The position numbers and the translations under genes are program-made. A stretch of DNA of 59,582 nucleotides, counting the filler. It is 3 parts of 3 records of this genome, joined end to end, with 100 filler letters (N's around TTAATTAATTAA, not from the genome) between each part and the next. Parts side by side here need not be neighbours in the genome. Positions count along the whole stretch, not along the records: positions 48,670 to 59,582 come from SRR22947725_4825; 2 more parts are not named here. One strand, 5' to 3'. Positions 55,401 through 59,582 of the stretch are shown one piece after another; position 1 is the stretch's first letter; each line of letters starts with the position of its first letter. The notes under the pieces were generated by a model. It worked only from the letters and a program-made list of their open reading frames with translations, was not told the DNA's origin and ran no database searches.

Positions 55401-55585
55401 AGCCTCTCGCTATCTTCTGGCGAAATGCCTTCGTGGGGAATTTGAACAATCATGACCGGCACGGAGACATCCGGGTCGGACTCGACGGGAATGGATAGAA
55501 AAGAGGCAACCCCGGCAAACATGATAGCCCCCAGCAGGGACAGGACCGTTCGCGTCCGCGCCGTGATCGCGGCTAACAGATCCAT
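52418..55585 (-). CDS. RND efflux permease (AcrB/AcrD/AcrF family)
   Basis: 1055 aa with two periplasmic lobes; GMLIDGAIVVVE, GIIVNNNIVLID, RLRPVFLT. Confidence 0.94.
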   Translation of the reverse strand: MDLLAAITARTRTVLSLLGAIMFAGVASFLSIPVESDPDVSVPVMIVQIPHEGISPEDSERLLVRPMELELKSIEGVVELNGYAAEGMATLVIEFDSSFEPDQAVQDVREAVDRGKVKLPSTAEEPIIREVSASDFPVITVSVAGQDVSERTRLQSARDLKDAIEAVPGVLEAKISGAREEVLEAVIDPVQLQALGISAEELLSSLQRNNRLIAAGNVDTGRGSFAIKIPSVIESAEDILSIPIKANASGVISLRDVVVLSETFKDASSYTRTNGQAAIAIEVSKRAGVSLVDVVAGVREAVELTRLDLPRAVQIDYIADQSPQTIEQISTLQGNISTAMFLVLTVVVAAVGFKSGMLVALGIPFSFLFAFIFVSALGYTYNFMVMFGMLLGLGMLIDGAIVVVELADRKMAGGAPPKAAYLAAARRMFWPICASVGTTLAAFLPLMFWPGVTGQFMRYLPVTVFAVLAGSLLYALVFAPVLGGLLSPSRNQKGDPLADVGPDFEYSSLSGITGLFGRVLASATRHPVWVLGITLGLLFAIVRWYGVAGNGAQFFVDVEPSFTGVSVGAKGNYSASEMRDLVTDVEQRVVAQGDIKSIYTRAGSGTTGGAGSGQTGDEIGFMFVELTDRFSRSRDGWAVVQSFRDAITGLPGVRAEIKEQERGPPVGKDLQIQLQGQDLTQLAIETKRVRAFLESMTGVIAVDDTAPVPGIDWEIKVDREKAAMMGADVTSVGSAIQLMTNGVLIGRYRPDTVDDEVDIRLRYPQANRGFSKLDELRVATRDGQVPISSFVSRTAQPKVSTIFRQNGQRIMYVRANAAPGFLPETLVAEVEAWLTSAPVDPAIKIQFRGANEEQAKTLGFIGSAFTLSLMLMGILLVTQFNSFYQTFLVLSSVVMSTVGVLLGLILTGQPFSAIMTGVGIVALAGIIVNNNIVLIDTFNEMRQSHPEWTLRQTATHTGCLRLRPVFLTTFTTGFGLLPMASGVSIDLIGRSIEVGGPVASFWMQLASAIVSGLTFATLLTLIVTPAMLALPEVLGEFRDRLTSFRRSKVASSASV

Positions 55586-55588
55586 GAT

Positions 55589-56686
55589 CTAATATTGCGA
55601 GAGCAAGTTTAATTCTGAGAAATCGACTTGAACGGACTGTCCATCAGACACGTCCTCATGTCCAACCGTAATAACGGTCGCGCGTTGCGGTAGGCCAGCG
55701 ACCCAAACCCCTTCTGGGCTCTCGTCAACAATTTCAACCGGGTTGAATACGGCCCGTTTTGCTGCATCCACGGTTTTTATTCCGAGCTGACCATTACGAT
55801 CCAAGCTCAAGGATGCGGGGGACACTAAATGTGCAAACGTTTCGCGGACAGGCACCGCAAGCGTTGCTGACAAACCAGCTCGTGCGGCCCGGCCTGGCTG
55901 ATCGATACGCGCTTCGATCTTAAAAGAGCGCGTTTGCGGATCCGGCGTCCGCGCCACGAAGGTGATGGTGCCCATTAACTCAGCATTCGCAGAGCCGACT
56001 GCAACCGCAACCGACTGCCCTTCAAAGACATTTGCTACTTCACTTTCCGCAACTTGGCCAACGACCAATAGCGGCTCGAGCTCAATCACCACGGCGCAGC
56101 TTGCACCCGGCGTCATCAAATCACCCACTTCAACTGGACGCTCCTCGATGAAGCCTGCAAACGGCGCTGTCAGCTCGGTTTTCGCCAACATTGCGGCAGC
56201 TGCGTCAACGCGCGCCACGGTTTGTTCTTTCTGGGCTGCCAGTTTCGCCAAAGCCGCCTTGGACTGCAGCCCACGCTCGCTTAGATCCATTCCGCCCTGG
56301 TACTCGATCTCTGCACTCTTGAGCTTGGCTTCGGCTTCTCGCAATTCCGCGCCGCGACTGTCTGCTGCGATCCGGCACAACAACGCGCCAGCCTCTACAT
56401 AGGCGCCTCGATCAACCAATACTTCGGTTACGCGTCCAGTGAGCTCTGATTTGACCGCGACTCGCCGATTCGCCTCAGTTTGACCCAGGACCTCGAGAAT
56501 CACTGGCTTTGCCAAGGCTTCTGAGCGTTCGCCACGTACGGCAACCGTCACGTCGAGCTGTAATTCGGGCGCGAAATCAACCGCCATATCATCCGCGTCG
56601 GCTTGTTGGGTCAACATATCCCCGGAGAATAACCAGACCACCATGGCAGACGCGATTCCAACAGATGTCTTTTGGCTCTTGTTCAA
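55589..56686 (-). CDS. RND periplasmic adaptor (membrane fusion protein)
   Basis: TTG start after GGAGA RBS; lipoyl/hairpin pattern, LTAPFAG, TRSF, VWVAGL. Confidence 0.9.
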   Translation of the reverse strand: MNKSQKTSVGIASAMVVWLFSGDMLTQQADADDMAVDFAPELQLDVTVAVRGERSEALAKPVILEVLGQTEANRRVAVKSELTGRVTEVLVDRGAYVEAGALLCRIAADSRGAELREAEAKLKSAEIEYQGGMDLSERGLQSKAALAKLAAQKEQTVARVDAAAAMLAKTELTAPFAGFIEERPVEVGDLMTPGASCAVVIELEPLLVVGQVAESEVANVFEGQSVAVAVGSANAELMGTITFVARTPDPQTRSFKIEARIDQPGRAARAGLSATLAVPVRETFAHLVSPASLSLDRNGQLGIKTVDAAKRAVFNPVEIVDESPEGVWVAGLPQRATVITVGHEDVSDGQSVQVDFSELNLLSQY

Positions 56687-56993
56687 GTACTTGTCTCCAG
56701 TGATGGTAAAATGGGTTCGTTGGGATCGAAATACCCCAATCACGCGAGTTCTACGGCACCAGAAGAGAAATGGTTTGCCCGCACGCCACATATTCTCAAA
56801 TCGGCGCTTGCAAACCTTTATTATCGCTCGGTCGAGGGGTTCGCAGGCCTGCTCATAACCTTCAAGAAAGCCTAGGCGGCTTGCCGAGCCCGAGGTTTGA
56901 GCCCACCGGGTCTGCCAGTAGCCTTATCAGTGCTCAGACAGCACCGCTCCGGAGGTAACGCGCTCTAAGGCTCATCCGGCAGATTTGCAGCAC

Positions 56994-57671
56994 TTAGTCT
57001 TCAAAACCTAGGAAGGTTGCCGCTTCCTCGACGCTCTTGCGCTCAGAGATGACGGCGTTCGCTGGAAAATCCTCATCCGGCCAACCCAATGCGACGGCCT
57101 TCATGATCACCTGGTCTTCTGCAATCTGGGCATGCTCGCGCACAACAGGCGACTGCATAATGCCCTGAGAGTTAATGACCGCGCCCAGCCCGCGAGACCA
57201 TGCTGCATTGACCAAAGCAGTCGTGACGGCACCACAATCGAAGGCGGTGTCGTCGCTGCTCGCCAACACGCGATCGTAGGTAATAATCACGCAAACCGGC
57301 GCATCAAACTGACGGAAACCGCGCAGCACCCAATCTTGGCGCCCGGCTTTATCTTCCCGCTCGATCCCCATGGCAGAAAATAACTGCTTGGCAACCCCAA
57401 CTTGCCGGTCACGGTGTTGACCCGCAAACGCCTCGCCAATGCGAAATTCACGAGAGTGCGGCACGCCCGCCAAATTACGTTCGGTATTGCCCGCACGAAT
57501 GCGATCTAAAACATCACCCGAGACCACCGTAAAGTTCCACGGTTGCGTATTCATCGAAGACGGCGAGCGCATGGCCAGGCCGAGCACTTCTTTAATCAGT
57601 GCCTTGGGCACTGGGTCGGATTTATAGCCACGAATACTGCGGCGTCCGAGGAGGACATCATCAAACTGCAT
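56994..57671 (-). CDS. Nitroreductase family protein
   Basis: RRSIRGY, SPSSMNTQPW, FDAP, AWSRGLG. Confidence 0.92.
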   Translation of the reverse strand: MQFDDVLLGRRSIRGYKSDPVPKALIKEVLGLAMRSPSSMNTQPWNFTVVSGDVLDRIRAGNTERNLAGVPHSREFRIGEAFAGQHRDRQVGVAKQLFSAMGIEREDKAGRQDWVLRGFRQFDAPVCVIITYDRVLASSDDTAFDCGAVTTALVNAAWSRGLGAVINSQGIMQSPVVREHAQIAEDQVIMKAVALGWPDEDFPANAVISERKSVEEAATFLGFED

Positions 57672-57996
57672 TTCCTATCTCCTTGAGTGAATCGGCCAAC
57701 AGTTTACAGGAATAAGCAGCCCGCAAAAGCAATTCCAAGATTGGTGGGCCACCCGAATGCCACTCACCGACTTTTATCAAAGCAGCACTGCGCATTTACC
57801 AACCCAGTGCGCTCGCGTGGTGTGAGATTAACGCGGCAAGGCGCCGAGCGCGGTACAGGACGGTATGTGGCAGCACCTGATCGAAGGCGCAGCAGATGGC
57901 TTCGGCTTTATCCTGAAAGCTCAGGTCAATGATGTGGGGTATCAATCGGTCACCATATCCGGTGGCCTCAAAGCCCGTGGCGCGATTGGTCCTGCT

Positions 57997-58248
57997 TCAT
58001 AAACCTGAGGCGATCAGCGCGATATCAGACAGAAAATCAATACCGGTGACCGTTAGCAGCAGCTTCATAATCAGTTTGGTTCGGGCATCAAGCAGTTCAT
58101 AGGCCTTTTTAAGCCTCATCAGCTCTTCCTTGGCCACCTCCCCGCCTTCCTCTAACACCGCAGCACCTTGATAAAGACCCGCCGCGACTGTCATCCCTGC
58201 GGAACCCAGGCCCAACTGCTTGAGCAACGCGCGTCTTTGAATGTTCAT
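57997..58248 (-). CDS. Small hypothetical protein with twin-arginine-like N-terminus
   Basis: RBS AAAGGAG upstream; QRRALLK + hydrophobic stretch, short amphipathic helix, hydrophobic C-terminus. Confidence 0.6.
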   Translation of the reverse strand: MNIQRRALLKQLGLGSAGMTVAAGLYQGAAVLEEGGEVAKEELMRLKKAYELLDARTKLIMKLLLTVTGIDFLSDIALIASGL

Positions 58249-58455
58249 AGTCTTATTACTCCTTTGCGTTCAACACATTCGGCGATCACAACACTCTAGT
58301 TAAATTATCGGGGTTCTGCCAATTGGATTTAACAGACCACCCGGCGCACAGACCGCCCCGATCAAATAGCCTGGACAACCCCATCCAGAAACGGGGCGTG
58401 CACAGGCGGTAAACCGCCAACACCCGCATCGCCCCTTAATCAAGAGCTTGCCGAA

Positions 58456-59582
58456 CTAAAGCGCTAAAACGAACTTCAGCCCGATATTCCGTCCTGGCAA
58501 CGGCGCCTGCTCTTTGACGAAAGAGGTGTGTCGGCGCGAAATGTCGTTCAGGATGTTGCGCGCGAAAAGCGTGGTCTCCAGCGTTGTGGGCCCGATATCA
58601 AACGCGGTGCGCAAGCTAACCTTCAGGGCGTTGTAGCTGTCGGTCGGCAGCTCGTTTTGCGCAATGCGCTGCTGGTCATTCACATTTTGGTAGCTTAGGG
58701 TCGCATCGAATTTGGCAAAGTCGCCATTGATTTCAAGTAGATTCCGACTGGGCATGATACGGGGAACCGAGCCACCGCTGTCAAAATCCGCAAGGGTCTG
58801 ATCTCGCGCAAGCTTAATGCGGATCGTGCCCGACTCGAGCGCAACAGAAAATCCGAATTCGATCTCGTAACCTCGAAAACGGGCATCGGCCTGCACGTAA
58901 TTGCCCAAAATTAAGCCGCCATGATCATCGTCATGCTCGCCATTGTGCTCTGCCTCGGACTCATCCAGCAGATAAATGTAGTCAGTGATCTGGTTGTTGA
59001 AGAGGCTGACTTTTGAAAACACGGATCCTCGCTCATAGGCCACGCTCAGCTCTACATTACGAGCTTGCTCGGGCTCAAGAGAGACATCCCCCACTTCAAA
59101 ACGTTGTGCCGCGAGATGCGGCCCGTTAATAAACAGCTCAACGGCCGAAGGGGTCCGTTCCACCTGGGCAAGGCCCAATGAGAGTTCGAGGTTGTCCGAC
59201 AAAGGCTTGCTCAGGGTTGCGGCAAAACTGGCCGTTGAAAAGTCGAGCTTGTACTGCTGCGTCTCAGCCGCCTCATCGTGTTCGCCTTCATCATCGTGAC
59301 CGGCTTCCTCGTCATGGTCATCACCGTGGTCTTCTTCGTCGTGGTCTTCGCCGTGGTCTTCATGCTCTGTTAACGATCCGCGTCGCTTAACCTGATCGAA
59401 TCGCGCACCGAAATCGACATGCAGGCCGGATGCGAAATCACGGCTAAAGTAATAACCTGCGGTGATCTCGTCCGATTTGTTCGGATTCAAGAACGCCTCT
59501 TCCCCAATAATCGCGATTTCTTCACTCGCGAAATTCAGGACAACCCGGTGAGACGCGCTTTCACGATCAAAATTCAGCTTCA
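58456..59582 (-). CDS. TonB-dependent receptor, ZnuD-like, His-rich loops (5' truncated)
   Basis: Frame open to window end (IIGEEAF); RTPSAVELFINGPHLA, LEPE, RHTSFVKEQAPLPGRN; two His/acidic inserts. Confidence 0.88.
   Translation of the reverse strand, partial: KLNFDRESASHRVVLNFASEEIAIIGEEAFLNPNKSDEITAGYYFSRDFASGLHVDFGARFDQVKRRGSLTEHEDHGEDHDEEDHGDDHDEEAGHDDEGEHDEAAETQQYKLDFSTASFAATLSKPLSDNLELSLGLAQVERTPSAVELFINGPHLAAQRFEVGDVSLEPEQARNVELSVAYERGSVFSKVSLFNNQITDYIYLLDESEAEHNGEHDDDHGGLILGNYVQADARFRGYEIEFGFSVALESGTIRIKLARDQTLADFDSGGSVPRIMPSRNLLEINGDFAKFDATLSYQNVNDQQRIAQNELPTDSYNALKVSLRTAFDIGPTTLETTLFARNILNDISRRHTSFVKEQAPLPGRNIGLKFVLAL
59270..59366 (-). repeat. Low-complexity His/Asp/Glu coding repeat
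   Basis: Encodes EHEDHGEDHDEEDHGDDHDEEAGHDDEGEHDE; repeated CGTGGTCTTC units on the plus strand. Confidence 0.8.

Noticed and set aside
56860..56990. Several short inverted repeats (GAGCCC/GGGCTC, GTGCT/AGCAC) upstream of the RND operon
   Set aside because: The stems are short and match no riboswitch or REP consensus I recognise.
57797..57999. Frame stays open for about 66 codons after the TGA of the 83-aa ORF (possible selenocysteine or readthrough)
   Set aside because: No redox-motif context, no convincing SECIS-like hairpin, and the extension resembles no protein I know; plausible by chance.

Overview
The window is three unrelated contigs joined by two artificial 100-nt spacers (44 N + TTAATTAATTAA + 44 N, at 29794-29893 and 48570-48669), so adjacency across spacers has no biological meaning. 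Contig 1 (1-29793) is a streamlined actinobacterium, probably Microbacteriaceae (Aquiluna/Rhodoluna-like, inferred). It carries mostly housekeeping genes (purH, icd, purU/glyA/folD, coaD, kynA/kynU, FMN-riboswitch rib operon, trpS, xth, sdhAB), ABC transporters, a GH13 lipoprotein, an orphan adenine methyltransferase and a Gly-rich surface protein; at least 7 genes look leaderless. Contig 2 (29894-48569) is a very gene-dense green-algal nuclear contig (inferred from plastid-targeted SppA/SufS/FKBP, GT-AG introns and TGTAA signals). It includes a TSNAXIP1-like gene, a three-exon organellar PheRS and a TPR-PRMT7/9-like enzyme whose catalytic and pseudo modules appear to be in the reverse of the usual order. 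Contig 3 (48670-59582) is a Gram-negative bacterium (probably a gammaproteobacterium) with an M60-like protease, SDR, RND pump, nitroreductase, a small Tat-like protein and a His-rich ZnuD-like TonB receptor. I found no CRISPR, tRNA, rRNA or mobile element, and no clear-cut novel multi-gene system. The best leads are the inverted-module PRMT, the Gly-rich surface protein and the M60 protease. All calls are from reading the sequence; no database search was run.
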